A stretch of 63,765 nucleotides of DNA, the filler included, from Octopus bimaculoides (lineage: Eukaryota): the NCBI RefSeq assembly GCF_001194135.2. It is 5 parts of 5 records of this genome, joined end to end, with 100 filler letters (N's around TTAATTAATTAA, not from the genome) between each part and the next. Parts side by side here need not be neighbours in the genome. Positions count along the whole stretch, not along the records: positions 32,988 to 53,068 come from NC_069002.1; positions 53,169 to 63,765 come from NC_069007.1; 3 more parts are not named here. The stretch is one strand, 5' to 3'. This document shows positions 46,918 to 61,374 of this stretch, piece by piece. Under the pieces are notes generated by a model. The model was given only the letters and a program-made list of their open reading frames with translations. It did not search any database and was not told the DNA's origin. Position numbers and translations under genes: made by a program. Position 1 is the first letter of the stretch. The number at the start of each line of letters is the position of its first letter.

Positions 46918-48022
46918 CGCGTATGCGCGCGCGTGTATATATATATATATATATATATATAAATATATATATACATACATACAAAATGATGGATAGATAA
47001 ATAGATGTACATGCACACATATATACATACATGTGTGTGTATATATATGTATGTATATGCTTTGTAATTTGTAGAAGAATTATGTAACGTTCTTTAAATC
47101 ATTTTACATTTACTTATTTATTTATTTACTTATTTGAAGACCAGTATGATATAAAATCAAATGGTTAGCAAGTCACGATTTTGTTACAGAGAAATATTTT
47201 ATTTTGCGTTGTTCTTTATATAATAAAAGTATTCGTGAATAAAATAACGTTACAAAAGCTGCTACACAAGAGTCTCAGGTCGGTGTGAAATGTCATAATC
47301 AATATGGTCACAGCAGGAATGCGAACCTCTTCGAACTTCACATTATTGTATGCTTCCCAGAGTTATGCAAGACATTACAAAATTTCAGTTCACCGTTACT
47401 ATCGATAGAATATTTGTTTGAAAATCATTTTAAAGTATGTTAATATTTCATGTGTTTCTAAACAGAATACAATCAACTCGCCACGAGCTTCTATTTATTT
47501 TTATATTTGTTATTTATTATGTAAGTTTTTATTTACATCATGCTGAGGTAAACGAAATAATTTCTACGAATGAAATGAAGTTAATTCAAATGATTATTTT
47601 GTGAATGATGATGATTATGTCCATGTCATGCATTACTAAGTTCATTGCTAAGAATGGAACGCTAAAACACTCAGTTAAACCTCTTTCTAGGTTCCAAGTT
47701 CAAACTATTCAGTTCTAGTTAACGCCGACGAAGGTCCCAGAACTCATTATATAAATTCTCATTATGTTGAAGTCAATTCAAATTGTTTCTATGACATTAT
47801 TATAGACATATATACATTTGAAAAAAAGGAATACAATTTGCTTTCCTGATAATTTTCCCGCCTTAATATTTGGATGTCTATAAGTTTATAAAAGAAACAC
47901 TTACCTTTTAAAAACTTATAGACATCTAAATAACAAAGTGGAAAAATTATAAGAAAATACATTTCTATTCATTTTCTCAAGTATATAATAGTGTACCAAT
48001 GACTTTCTAATTTTTATCCTAC

Positions 48023-48062
<40 letters not shown>

Positions 48063-48479
48063 CATAATCATTACAGATATAGAGTAAAGAATTATTAATT
48101 TATTAATAAATTAATAATTAATAATTTTACCAAGTAGTTCGGAATGGAAAAAAACATTATACAAAGGTTCTTTTAAATTTATAAACATAATTAAAGGATC
48201 AAAAACAGTTGCTTCACCACATACCGAAAATTTAGAAATAGCAGTTAAAATGCCAATTCTACTACTACAATATGTCTCGTCTCTTTATATGGTTATATCT
48301 ACCGCCCGAATATGGTTAATATTACAATATATCACCAAATATGTAGGCTAATAGAACTACCTAATGCTGTCTGCAATTTGTTCGATTCTGAGTCGAAGCA
48401 GTTTTCTAGTTTACGATATAACTCTTGATTTTGATAAGCATGAATATACATTATCTCAATCATCACTGCTACACATTTG

Positions 48480-48700
48480 TGTGTGTGTGTGTGTATAGTA
48501 TAAATTTACAGAAAAAGACAAGTGTATAAACAACAAACAGGTGTATTAGTTTAACGCTCGGGAAGGTGAAGAAGTCTTTTACGTTTCGAGGATACGCTCT
48601 TCGACAGAAAGGAACATGAGGAAATAAACAGAGAGAACATTAAAAAACAACGTTTGGAGCTAGCAGTCAATCGTGGCGGCAAGTATATAAGCGCGAGTGG
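48480..48700 (-). mobile_element. pLTR fragment of the 43210-44632 PLE family with HHR-like motif (48574-48612)
   Basis: rc CCTTT-CTGTCGA-A-GAG(CGTATC)CTC-GAA-ACGT-A-AAAGAC..CCCGAGCGTTAAACTAATACAC. Confidence 0.75.
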
Positions 48701-49209
48701 TGAACATGTTACGGAAAGAGTTATCTTCGCTGTCAGATTTAAATTTACATTAATAGTGTTTCATTTACACTGTATAATGAAGGCCAGTCTAAGGTTTCTT
48801 ATTCCATGTACACTAATATGTCTCTTTATATGGATCAGTTGCCTCAGATTATATATTTAGTATGTGACCACATTTGTAACACCCTATACTTGGCTAGGAA
48901 TCTAAAACCTCCATAAACCAGGTTGGATGCAAAATAAGTTCGTTGTCCATAGCTCACAATAAGTATTTTTTTTTATTTTGCATTGTTAAGTTAAATATTC
49001 AATGTGAATAGAGATCAACGATAATATTCTAACTTTTATTTGATTACTTCAGACACAGAGCAATATTATTAAATAGTTATATTACAATTAATTATGTAAA
49101 CAATATTGAAAGCCATCGAATATCAGCGTAAACAACATTAGGGGATTAGACAGTTGATGTAATTTACTTAAGTTATCAATTTTTAATTATACTTCAGAGG
49201 ACCACTTAC

Positions 49210-49288
49210 CCAGACCTAGGTCAGACCTGTCATCTTCCGAAATCCGAAGCTTTTCAGAATATTATAAATTATTTGTAAACGTACAAAT
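49210..49288 (-). other. Candidate 79-nt non-coding exon
   Basis: Acceptor TTTTATATTTTCTTCTCTAG|, donor GG|GTAAGT; stops in all frames apart from a 5-codon uORF. Confidence 0.4.
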
Positions 49289-49759
49289 CTAGAGAAGAAA
49301 ATATAAAATTATTTTTTTCACTAAGAGACGTTAAAAATGCAGGAAAGTATTTAAATATTATATAATATTGAAATATTATATAATATTAAGTCTGCTGCCG
49401 GTGTACGGTTTCTGTCAATCTACCATCTAAGGAAATCATGAAATATAAAGTTATATTGAAAGAGAAGAAAGAAAATTAATCTTAGACGACAACAAAAATG
49501 AGATATTTTCAAATCATCTGAGAATTCAATGTATGTTCCAATTACATTTCAGAATATAAATATTGTGGACAATACAATAATGCCATATGTTCGATTCCAA
49601 AATAACTTTTGTCGATAACAGTTTAAATTACTGAACAGACAAACAATATCTTATAGTTTACAACTGCCATTTTAATGACTTCATATCGAATACACTGCTC
49701 TCTGCAAAATTCCATGGAATTGTTAATGGACAATACCCTCATATATACATATGTCTGTA

Positions 49760-49820
<61 letters not shown>

Positions 49821-50294
49821 NNNNNNNNNNNNNNNNNNNNNNNNNNNNNNNNNNNNNNNNNNNNNNNNNNNNNNNNNNNNNNNNNNNNNNNNNNNNNNNN
49901 NNNNNNNNNNNNNNNNNNNNNNNNNNNNNNNNNNNNNNNNNNNNNNNNNNNNNNNNNNNNNNNNNNNNNNNNNNNNNNNNNNNNNNNNNNNNNNNNNNNN
50001 NNNNNNNNNNNNNNNNNNNNNNNNNNNNNNNNNNNNNNNNNNNNNNNNNNNNNNNNNNNNNNNNNNNNNNNNNNNNNNNNNNNNNNNNNNNNNNNNNNNN
50101 NNNNNNNNNNNNNNNNNNNNNNNNNNNNNNNNNNNNNNNNNNNNNNNNNNNNNNNNNNNNNNNNNNNNNNNNNNNNNNNNNNNNNNNNNNNNNNNNNNNN
50201 NNNNNNNNNNNNNNNNNNNNNNNNNNNNNNNNNNNNNNNNNNNNNNNNNNNNNNNNNNNNNNNNNNNNNNNNNNNNNNNNNNNNNNNNNNNNNN

Positions 50295-50350
<56 letters not shown>

Positions 50351-50855
50351 TGTGCGTGTGTGCGTATGAACAACTCTCCGATATAAGAAGCTAGATAACT
50401 GATCGCAATGAACCTATGTTCAATTTCTAGCAAGGATAGGAGGACACAAATGTTGTATAGGAGAAATAGAATACCTTCAACCGAATAGAGTATGGGACTG
50501 GGTAGGTGCCATATTGACTCTGGGTAGATGTGTGTCGAATGCAAAATTAGTAGTATTTGAAACTGACTAAAATTCCAATTTCGTATGGAGTCTACAGATC
50601 AACTGTTACTGCGTATCAATTTTATTCTATTGTCGATGCTTAAAATTGGTTAAATCACATAAATGTTGAGGAATGGAGGTTTGTGAGAGGCGTATTCCTG
50701 ACAGTTTGAAAATGGAGTGATGGAGATAAAACTGAATCCGGCAAATTTGATGAAAGAGAAAAAATTGAAGCGAAGTAGTTCGTCTGATACTGTATGAGAA
50801 AATTCGCCACACATCCTGACATGTAAGATATTGATTTTTCTAGCTAAGAACTCAT

Positions 50856-51071
50856 ATTCTTTTATTCTTTTACTTGTTTCACTTATTTAACTGCGGACAT
50901 ACTGGAGCACCGCCTAAAAGGGTGTTAGTCGAACAAATTGACCCCAGGACTTATTCTTTGTAAGTTTAGTACTAATTCTATCGGTATTTTTTGCCGAACC
51001 GCTAAGTTACGCGGACATAAACACACCAGTATCTGCTGTCAAGCGATGAGGATGGGGCAACAAACACAGAC

Positions 51072-51117
<46 letters not shown>

Positions 51118-51205
51118 GACGGGCATCTTCCAGTTTCCATCTACCATATCCACTGAGAAAGTTTGGGTCGACCATAGTAGGAGACAGTTGTCCAAGGTCC
51201 CACCT
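50856..51205 (-). mobile_element. Family B SINE, head degraded
   Basis: Tail and body match 62192 copy. Confidence 0.88.
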
Positions 51206-52129
51206 TGCATCATGTTCAAAGGTTTTTGTTACATAAGTAAAATGTTAATTAAATATCGTGTATACTCGGGTATTCGTTAAGAATATTTGTATTTGCACCC
51301 AACTAAAACTATGGTTGCCATTACCATTATAGTCTAACTGCCGAGCGGAAAAAATCAGGTCCCTTTGAAAGAACGTGTATGAGTACTGAATAGCCAACCC
51401 TGCAAACAGCCATCTGATCACAGGTAATATTTTCATACAATATATTTATTGTTGTACCATGTCAAATTGAAATAGAGCGCACAGAATTGAATGCTGCACC
51501 CCAAAAGAGGGCCAGGGACATATTTCCCGATTTTTATGTCCCAGATGTTCAATATACCAGCCACATCTGCATTTTACTTTTGTAGTAACTAATCTTTTAT
51601 TGCTGTGATGATAAATAAATTGGACCATACAGAAACAAGCAATCTTTGAAACAAATTTGCAAAAAGAATATGTTTAATGTGCTGTAATAAAAGATCATAA
51701 AATAAATACACTTGCAAACACCTAAGTAGATTAACCAAATGTCAGATCGTAAAACTGTGCAACTTTTCACCAACAGATGAATATAATAATAGAGCAACAT
51801 AAAGGAAACGACATCAATATTTCGAAATTAACAGAAGCAATTTGTCTATATCGTGGGATTTGAGGTTGCGAAGAGATTATTAAGGTAGGAAGAAAGAGAT
51901 AGTGAAGGCTTAGAGATATTGTTGCTTACAGAGAATAAAACAAGAAAATAAGTAGAACATAGAGATAAATGAAAAAGAAATTACTGAAGAGAGGGTTTAA
52001 ATGGTTTGACCTGTCCCACATTCTATATATGGTACAAGTTTGCATACCAGCGTTTATGTTATAATAAATTGATCGTCACTGTTTTAGAAGATTGACTTAA
52101 CAACAAGCATATACATATATCTTTATAAA

Positions 52130-52393
52130 TATATACATGCATAGATTATATTATATATATATATACATATATGTATGCATATATATATGTATATATATAT
52201 ATGTATATGTCTGTATATATATTTATAAATATATACATATATATATATATATGTATATGTATGTATATTTACCTATATACATATATATTTCTAATGTATA
52301 TATATATATGTATATGCATGTGTATATATACATATATGTATATGTATGTGTATGCATATATATTTATAGACATATATACATATGTATGTATAT

Positions 52394-52472
<79 letters not shown>
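52130..52472. repeat. (TA)n/(TG)n/(CA)n compound microsatellite
   Basis: Direct reading. Confidence 0.95.
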
Positions 52473-52477
<5 letters not shown>

Positions 52478-53220
52478 CTCTCATTCGTTTCCCTTTTCTT
52501 CTATTTCATAATAGCAGTAAGTAACGACCTCTGGCGTACATTGTTATAAGTTATTACGTTGATACATCTCGGTTACAGAAATATCGTTCAGTAAAACTAA
52601 TTTGTTTGAAGATTCTGGTTATACTACGGAATGAAATTTCTGGTATCGTTTGATTCTATTTGTGTGTTGCCTTGGTAACGAACGTATAAACGTGCAACGC
52701 TAGCCATAGAATTCGAAAGAAACCTGCTCGAATAATAGTAGACCATTTTCACAGTTCCTCTCTTTATGACACTTCGAAACAAGAGGTTGCAGTTTCTGCC
52801 AGGCGAAGAATAAGCAATGCGTTCCAGATGATACATGCGATTTACTATTTCAATAAACGGCGCCAACTATATTAAATGTTGATATTACATGAATAGGTTG
52901 ACGGAAAGGACGAAACTAATAGCTATTCACTATGTAAATGTTTAAGGTTCACTTCAAGAAATGATTCTCTAAATTCTATTCAATATGAAGATATCTTCTG
53001 CATATAAATATAAATATATGTATATATATATATATATATGAAGAATATTTGACATATAAATATATATANNNNNNNNNNNNNNNNNNNNNNNNNNNNNNNN
53101 NNNNNNNNNNNNTTAATTAATTAANNNNNNNNNNNNNNNNNNNNNNNNNNNNNNNNNNNNNNNNNNNNTATATATATATATATTACTAGATATGTTTAAA
53201 GGAAATCTCTTTTGCAACAG

Positions 53221-53261
53221 AATTAAGAAATCTTGCATACTGTGTTGTCTGCGGTGATTAA
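53221..53261 (+). other. Candidate short terminal exon (xLRNLAYCVVCGD*)
   Basis: Acceptor CTCTTTTGCAACAG|; very short. Confidence 0.15.
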
Positions 53262-55319
53262 CTTACTAATGGTATTTAGAAAATGGTTAGTCCCGCTACT
53301 GCTGTTAGCAGGAACTTGGAAACGAAGTGTTCTCGCGTCTACGACGACGACGACGACGACGATAGTGGTGGTGGTGGTGGTGGTGATGCTATTGCTGTTG
53401 TTGATGGTGATGATGAATATGATGACGATGATGAGAGAGTTAATGAGAAAATTAACAAATAGTTAATCACCGCAAATAGACTTTTCTCACCTACCCACCG
53501 CCACCTTCTGAGTATTTGTATAAATATGCATGTAAACATGCATATATATATATATTTATATATACATATATATATACATACATATATACATATATACATA
53601 CTTCATATATACATACATATATACATACATACGCAGTGATAAATGGATACGTGTAAAAATTATTCCTTCTCAGTTTCGTTTTGTTTATTTAGCTAAGAAC
53701 AAGTATATATAATATATATATACATTCATTGTTAAATGTTATATCATAGACTGCGGATGTATAACGTAGTGTCTTTATCAATTTACACCCTGATAAACAC
53801 ACGCCCACACGCATGCAAGTACATCTATACACACATATGTATAAATATATATACACATACATATATACATACATGTACTCGCGTATGAAATAGAAACAGA
53901 CATATATATACACGTACATTCATAAAAGTATATACATATATATACACACACAGGCACACATACATGCATGCGCATATACACACATATACACACACATATA
54001 CACACACATATATGCTCACACCAGTCATTGACAATACATGTACATACAAACATGCATACACTTATATATACAACTGCATGCACACATGTATACACATTCA
54101 TACATATACATACATACAAGCTCCATTTTGAAGGAGAATACACGAGACAACAGGAGAGTGTACGGGATTTGGGGATACATTGAATATACAGATTTTGGGA
54201 GGTTATTTATAGAAAAGCAAAGCATGTATACATGTATACATGTAACAATAGGAGCAAATGTCTTTCCCGCGCCATAGGTCCATAAGTTTGGTTTCCCGGA
54301 ACCTGTGGGTTATGTACGAGTAAACTAACTGAGCTGGAGCAATACACACACACACATACACACACACACATACACAGACATACACACAAACATGCATATA
54401 AGCTGCAACTAAATAAGCACACGAACAACAAGCAAAACAAGATAACAATAGGAAGAACAACAACAACAACAACAAATAACTGAAGCCATCAGATTGCTGT
54501 GGACATCCTGCCAGCAAACGAAGTCTGCATTAAATAAAAGTCGATCGCGTTGGCAAATAAATCTCATTATATATTTATATACACCCACTGATGTATATAA
54601 ATATAAACACACACAATACAATGTCCATCTAGATAATGACAATGAGGTAAATAACATGAAGATGATTCGCTCTTAGTTATTCGTATAGTGTATTTCTTTG
54701 TCTTATTCAATTTTGTTTTATAAAGGGTAGGAGTAACCACAAGCGTCGTCATAAACTGTGGCTGTATCATAGAAGTGAATCATGCATTCTAGTAACCATT
54801 AGCGTCGCTATCAGTTGAGGCTGTAGAACAGGAGTCAGTCACGTTGGCTCATGGAATTTCTGTTAAATTCCACCCCCTACCAGCTCCTCACCATAGGTGA
54901 AAATCCGCGAAGTAGAAACAGTACTGTACTGTATATATTTTCTTTTATTGTTTTTATAATTTGTATATATACATTTTATCATAAATGCAAAACAACACTG
55001 AAGAATCGATGTAAGCTTAAATAATAAACCGTGATATAGCGAGAGACTNNNNNNNNNNNNNNNNNNNNNNNNNNNNNNNNNNNNNNNNNNNNNNNNNNNN
55101 NNNNNNNNNNNNNNNNNNNNNNNNNNNNNNNNNNNNNNNNNNNNNNNNNNNNNNNNNNNNNNNNNNNNNNNNNNNNNNNNNNNNNNNNNNNNNNNNNNNN
55201 NNNNNNNNNNNNNNNNNNNNNNNNNNNNNNNNNNNNNNNNNNNNNNNNNNNNNNNNNNNNNNNNNNNNNNNNNNNNNNNNNNNNNNNNNNNNNNNNNNNN
55301 NNNNNNNNTATATATATGC

Positions 55320-55500
55320 GTGCTCTTTACCGTTTAATTCGAACTCGTTATTTTTTCTCCTCTTCTCATGTTTCTTTTCTGTAAAAGTGCGTAGGCCCGA
55401 AACATTAAGGATTTCCTCTACTTTTCCTCAGCTTTATATTTATACACCATATTTATTTTTTTAATTTTTACCTCGTCTTTGTTTTTGTATTTTTAGACCA
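55320..55500 (+). mobile_element. Old pLTR fragment of the same PLE family
   Basis: TTTT-CTGTAAAAGTGCGTAGGCCCGAAACATTAAGG homologous to the 44501 motif. Confidence 0.55.
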
Positions 55501-55550
55501 TATCTATGTATGCATGTGTGTGTATATACATACGTACGTACGTCCATACA

Positions 55551-55581
<31 letters not shown>

Positions 55582-56953
55582 GTGTTGCCGGTGGTGGTAG
55601 TGGTAAGTTCAAGTTTGTGGCTTAGTTTGTCGTGATGGTTAAGGTGGCGCTGTTGTCGGTGGTACCTGTAATGACTCCTCTCCTAGACGAGTATCTATGA
55701 CAATTGCCATTAATCTGTACATGACGCCAAACAGTAACACAAGCTCCATATTCTTACACTCATTGCCTCATTAAACCCAATCAGTATTGTTAATAATTCC
55801 TGCTCAACAGTCGCCACCTACCGGAAGTTATTTTTATGAAATATCATGTCACACATCTTTTTTAAGATCCTCGTTTTCTTCTTGGTACGTAACTATATAC
55901 ATATGTGTGTGTGTGAAAGCATGTGTGTGAATGCGTGTGTGTGTGTATATAATAGTATAAAATGAGGTTTGGATTCAGGGAATCGTGCAGCTGTCACAGA
56001 AAGCTCCGCCTACGGACTCGGTTATCAGTTCACACAGTAATCAATTACGAAACAACGTAGCGTAATCTGTTGAACTGTCGACGTAACCATGATATTCCGG
56101 CTATTTGATGAGTTACCTGTCTTTACTTGAATTCATTTGTGAACATAAAATTCTATCGAGTAATGCCGAGGATATATATANNNNNNNNNNNNNNNNNNNN
56201 NNNNNNNNNNNNNNNNNNNNNNNNNNNNNNNNNNNNNNNNNNNNNNNNNNNNNNNNNNNNNNNNNNNNNNNNNNNNNNNNNNNNNNNNNNNNNNNNNNNN
56301 NNNNNNNNNNNNNNNNNNNNNNNNNNNNNNNNNNNNNNNNNNNNNNNNNNNNNNNNNNNNNNNNNNNNNNNNNNNNNNNNNNNNNNNNNNNNNNNNNNNN
56401 NNNNNNNNNNNNNNNNNNNNNNNNNNNNNNNNNNNNNNNNNNNNNNNNNNNNNNNNNNNNNNNNNNNNNNNNNNNNNNNNNNNNNNNNNNNNNNNNNNNN
56501 NNNNNNNNNNNNNNNNNNNNNNNNNNNNNNNNNNNNNNNNNNNNNNNNNNNNNNNNNNNNNNNNNNNNNNNNNNNNNNNNNNNNNNNNNNNNNNNNNNNN
56601 NNNNNNNNNNNNNNNNNNNNNNNNNNNNNNNNNNNNNNNNNNNNNNNNNNNNNNNNNNNNNNNNNNNNNNNNNNNNNNNNNNNNNNNNNNNNNNNNNNNN
56701 NNNNNNNNNNNNNNNNNNNNNNNNNNNNNNNNNNNNNNNNNNNNNNNNNNNNNNNNNNNNNNNNNNNNNNNNNNNNNNNNNNNNNNNNNNNNNNNNNNNN
56801 NNNNNNNNNNNNNNNNNNNNNNNNNNNNNNNNNNNNNNNNNNNNNNNNNNNNNNNNNNNNNNNNNNNNNNNNNNNNNNNNNNNNNNNNNNNNNNNNNNNN
56901 NNNNNNNNNNNNNNNNNNNNNNNNNNNNNNNNNNNNNNNNNNNNNNNNNNNNN

Positions 56954-57030
<77 letters not shown>

Positions 57031-57323
57031 TCAGTCTCTGTTCCTCCCCGTCTCTCTTACTCCAAATCTTTACTTTCTCTCCTTTCTGTTTCTCTCTGCT
57101 TCTCTCTCTGTCTCTCTTTGTTTCTTTCTTACTCTCAGACTTCATTTTCACATCTCTCTTTCTTTCTCTCTCTCTCTCCCTCTCCCTCTCTTCCTCTCTC
57201 CTTCTCTCGCTCTCTCGCTCTCTCCCTCTCTCTCTCCCTCTCTCCCTCTCAATCTCTGTTCCTCCCCATCTCTCTTACTCCAAATCTTTACTTTCTCTCC
57301 TTTCTGTTTCTCTCTGTTCCTCT

Positions 57324-57366
<43 letters not shown>

Positions 57367-57575
57367 GTGTTTCTTTCTAACTCCCAAACTTCATTCTCAC
57401 ATCTCTCTTTCTTTCTCTCCCTTTCTCTCTCTCTCCCTGTCTTGCCCACTCGCTCTCCTTTCTCATTCTATAATTACCCTCTCATCTCTCATCTCTCATC
57501 TCTCATCTCTCTTTCTTTCTCTTTCTCTCCCCCTCTCCATCTTCTCTCTCCTCTCTCCCCTTCCCCCTCTCTCTT
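56954..57575. repeat. (CT)n-rich tract with ~220-245-bp higher-order duplication
   Basis: TCTCTGTTCCTCCCC.TCTCTCTTACTCCAAATCTTTACTTTCTCTCCTTTCTGTTTCTCTCTG at ~57035 and ~57253. Confidence 0.9.
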
Positions 57576-57769
57576 ATTATTTCCTGTGCAAACAGTTCTT
57601 TCAAATCATTGTTTGACTTACGATTTTTTTCCCTTACTTCACACACGCGCCACCTATTGAATCTCTTCTACCTATGTACGAACACACACATACACACACA
57701 CACACGCACACACACATATATATGCATACAGGCATATACATACATATACATACATATATGTGTGTGTCT

Positions 57770-57833
<64 letters not shown>

Positions 57834-58525
57834 ATGTATGTATATATGTGCGTATGTATACGCGTGCATCCTTACACACATCCCTCTGTCTGCCACTCAC
57901 TCGCTCTCTATGTATTTTGTGTGTTTTGGACAATGTATTTGTTTTAGCTGATAGATGGCAATTTAGCGAACATTCTTCCCTCAATACATATTCTTCACTC
58001 TTTATATACATGCAAACATACATATACAAATACATATACATACATATGTGTGTGTGTATAAATGTATATATGTATGTACGTATGTATGTATGTATGTATG
58101 TATTCACTGTAGCCATTTTATTTGTCTTTTCTGTTTTAGTATGATGCGTGAAAAATGGCGCTATGATATTTAATATGCCACAAAGGTAGATGTTTAACCA
58201 AGTGTTGCGGTGTTTTAGGACGTCATAAGTTGAGTTAGTGCTCTCAGCCACTGCTGTCTCACTTATCCTTAGTGGATTATCGATTGTTTTAAAGCATTTA
58301 GACAGCGATTGATTGATCGATTGACTGTTTGATTGATTGATTGATTGAGTGAGTGAGTGAGTGAGTGAGTCAGTGAGTGAATGAGTGATCGATTGATTAT
58401 TGTTCTTGTTGTATCACTCCTTGCCAGATCTGATTGAAAAGAAAAGTCCCTTAGCACGCATGTAATCGCCTAAAAGAGGAACAAATCTCAACAGGTCCAT
58501 TTTCTTTTTTTCTCCGGTTATTCAG

Positions 58526-58623
58526 AGGCCCGGCCTTGTTGGAGAGCCTCTTGCTGTGACAAATCATATGCGATGGACTGCGATGTTCTGGACGTATTGC
58601 ATTCTACCTACTGTCCAGTCTGA
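58526..58623 (+). CDS. Candidate terminal exon encoding a short Cys-rich peptide end (unidentified)
   Basis: Strong acceptor TTTTCTTTTTTTCTCCGGTTATTCAG|; GC-rich island; xARPCWRASCCDKSYAMDCDVLDVLHSTYCPV*. Confidence 0.3.
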
Positions 58624-58731
58624 CCGTCCACGGCCGTTGATCGAAGCTGCGACAACAGCACAAACAGGCGCGATGGAAACAGTCTGAGTACAACAAGCAG
58701 GAACAACACGCACACACACGCTTATATATAT

Positions 58732-58774
<43 letters not shown>

Positions 58775-59324
58775 NNNNNNNNNNNNNNNNNNNNNNNNNN
58801 NNNNNNNNNNNNNNNNNNNNNNNNNNNNNNNNNNNNNNNNNNNNNNNNNNNNNNNNNNNNNNNNNNNNNNNNNNNNNNNNNNNNNNNNNNNNNNNNNNNN
58901 NNNNNNNNNNNNNNNNNNNNNNNNNNNNNNNNNNNNNNNNNNNNNNNNNNNNNNNNNNNNNNNNNNNNNNNNNNNNNNNNNNNNNNNNNNNNNNNNNNNN
59001 NNNNNNNNNNNNNNNNNNNNNNNNNNNNNNNNNNNNNNNNNNNNNNNNNNNNNNNNNNNNNNNNNNNNNNNNNNNNNNNNNNNNNNNNNNNNNNNNNNNN
59101 NNNNNNNNNNNNNNNNNNNNNNNNNNNNNNNNNNNNNNNNNNNNNNNNNNNNNNNNNNNNNNNNNNNNNNNNNNNNNNNNNNNNNNNNNNNNNNNNNNNN
59201 NNNNNNNNNNNNNNNNNNNNNNNNNNNNNNNNNNNNNNNNNNNNNNNNNNNNNNNNNNNNNNNNNNNNNNNNNNNNNNNNNNNNNNNNNNNNNNNNNNNN
59301 NNNNNNNNNNNNNNNNNNNNNNNN

Positions 59325-59360
<36 letters not shown>

Positions 59361-59809
59361 TGTGTGTGGGTGTGTGTGTAATATTTAGTATATATCTTAA
59401 CATGCAAAGTTCGTGGAGAACTTCATGTTAGCCAAACATGACTAACATAACAGCGTCAGCAAATCAGGCAAGCGTGTAACAGAAATATTCTCCTGAGTCA
59501 GCACAAGGATAATTGTGTGAAAGAATGTGGATTGATCTTATTACTTTCTGTCTTTACCAAAAGAACGATCGAAGAACGGAACAGCAACGAATAAACAAGG
59601 GAAAGTAATTCATAGACAAATATCGACTAAAATTAAAAGCATTTCAGATCCCCTGAGTAATTAAGTCATCTCTCTTTAAATTAATTAATTAATTATGCAC
59701 CTTGTTATTAGCGTATTTACATTCCCAACAATGACATACGTACACATACGAGTAGACACCCGCATTTGTATGCACACACATATCTTTATAAATATGTATA
59801 AATGTGTGT

Positions 59810-59861
<52 letters not shown>

Positions 59862-60869
59862 NNNNNNNNNNNNNNNNNNNNNNNNNNNNNNNNNNNNNNN
59901 NNNNNNNNNNNNNNNNNNNNNNNNNNNNNNNNNNNNNNNNNNNNNNNNNNNNNNNNNNNNNNNNNNNNNNNNNNNNNNNNNNNNNNNNNNNNNNNNNNNN
60001 NNNNNNNNNNNNNNNNNNNNNNNNNNNNNNNNNNNNNNNNNNNNNNNNNNNNNNNNNNNNNNNNNNNNNNNNNNNNNNNNNNNNNNNNNNNNNNNNNNNN
60101 NNNNNNNNNNNNNNNNNNNNNNNNNNNNNNNNNNNNNNNNNNNNNNNNNNNNNNNNNNNNNNNNNNNNNNNNNNNNNNNNNNNNNNNNNNNNNNNNNNNN
60201 NNNNNNNNNNNNNNNNNNNNNNNNNNNNNNNNNNNNNNNNNNNNNNNNNNNNNNNNNNNNNNNNNNNNNNNNNNNNNNNNNNNNNNNNNNNNNNNNNNNN
60301 NNNNNNNNNNNNNNNNNNNNNNNNNNNNNNNNNNNNNNNNNNNNNNNNNNNNNNNNNNNNNNNNNNNNNNNNNNNNNNNNNNNNNNNNNNNNNNNNNNNN
60401 NNNNNNNNNNNNNNNNNNNNNNNNNNNNNNNNNNNNNNNNNNNNNNNNNNNNNNNNNNNNNNNNNNNNNNNNNNNNNNNNNNNNNNNNNNNNNNNNNNNN
60501 NNNNNNNNNNNNNNNNNNNNNNNNNNNNNNNNNNNNNNNNNNNNNNNNNNNNNNNNNNNNNNNNNNNNNNNNNNNNNNNNNNNNNNNNNNNNNNNNNNNN
60601 NNNNNNNNNNNNNNNNNNNNNNNNNNNNNNNNNNNNNNNNNNNNNNNNNNNNNNNNNNNNNNNNNNNNNNNNNNNNNNNNNNNNNNNNNNNNNNNNNNNN
60701 NNNNNNNNNNNNNNNNNNNNNNNNNNNNNNNNNNNNNNNNNNNNNNNNNNNNNNNNNNNNNNNNNNNNNNNNNNNNNNNNNNNNNNNNNNNNNNNNNNNN
60801 NNNNNNNNNNNNNNNNNNNNNNNNNNNNNNNNNNNNNNNNNNNNNNNAAGTACCAAAAAATTCAAACCA

Positions 60870-61180
60870 ATATTATCATAACTTGCTTTTATCTTATTAT
60901 TTTCTGTCTAGTCTTTCTAGTTTGTTTAGCATTCAATTGAGACTATCATAACTATAACCTATTACTGAAACAGCCAGGATATTGATACCTATAACCTTGT
61001 TTTTTGCATTTAGTTCTGTTTTATGTATTCATCTAATGCGTCTATGGTATTCTTTTTCATCTATCTTTTCATTAGTATCTGTTGTACACAGTCCACGCCA
61101 TTGATTGCCAAATATTTGCATGTCTGTTGTTTTGGTCTAATTCTCTCTCATCTCACTTTCTTTATCTGGTATCGTATTAG
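60870..61180 (-). mobile_element. R4/Dong-type LINE internal fragment
   Basis: KEYHRRIR..KTELNAKNKVIGINILAVSVIGYSY..LERLDRK; adjacent (CAA/TAA)n. Confidence 0.75.
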
Positions 61181-61374
61181 AGTGTTCTTAATTAATTTTT
61201 CTGCTTTTCAAGGTTGCGTCGGCGCATTTGATGTTGTTGTTGTTGTTGCTGTTATTTTTGATGATGATGATGAAGTTGTTACCATTGTTGCTGTAACAAC
61301 AACAACAACAACAACGACGACGACAACAACAACGACGACGACAACAACAACAATAATAATAATAATACTAGTAA

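Noticed and set aside
47715-47780. CCGACGAAGG core-like sequence
   Set aside because: No downstream GAAA or stem II
53221-53261. YCVVCGD as start of a nuclear-receptor zinc finger
   Set aside because: Immediately followed by TAA and no second half (HYG..C..C) found in the window
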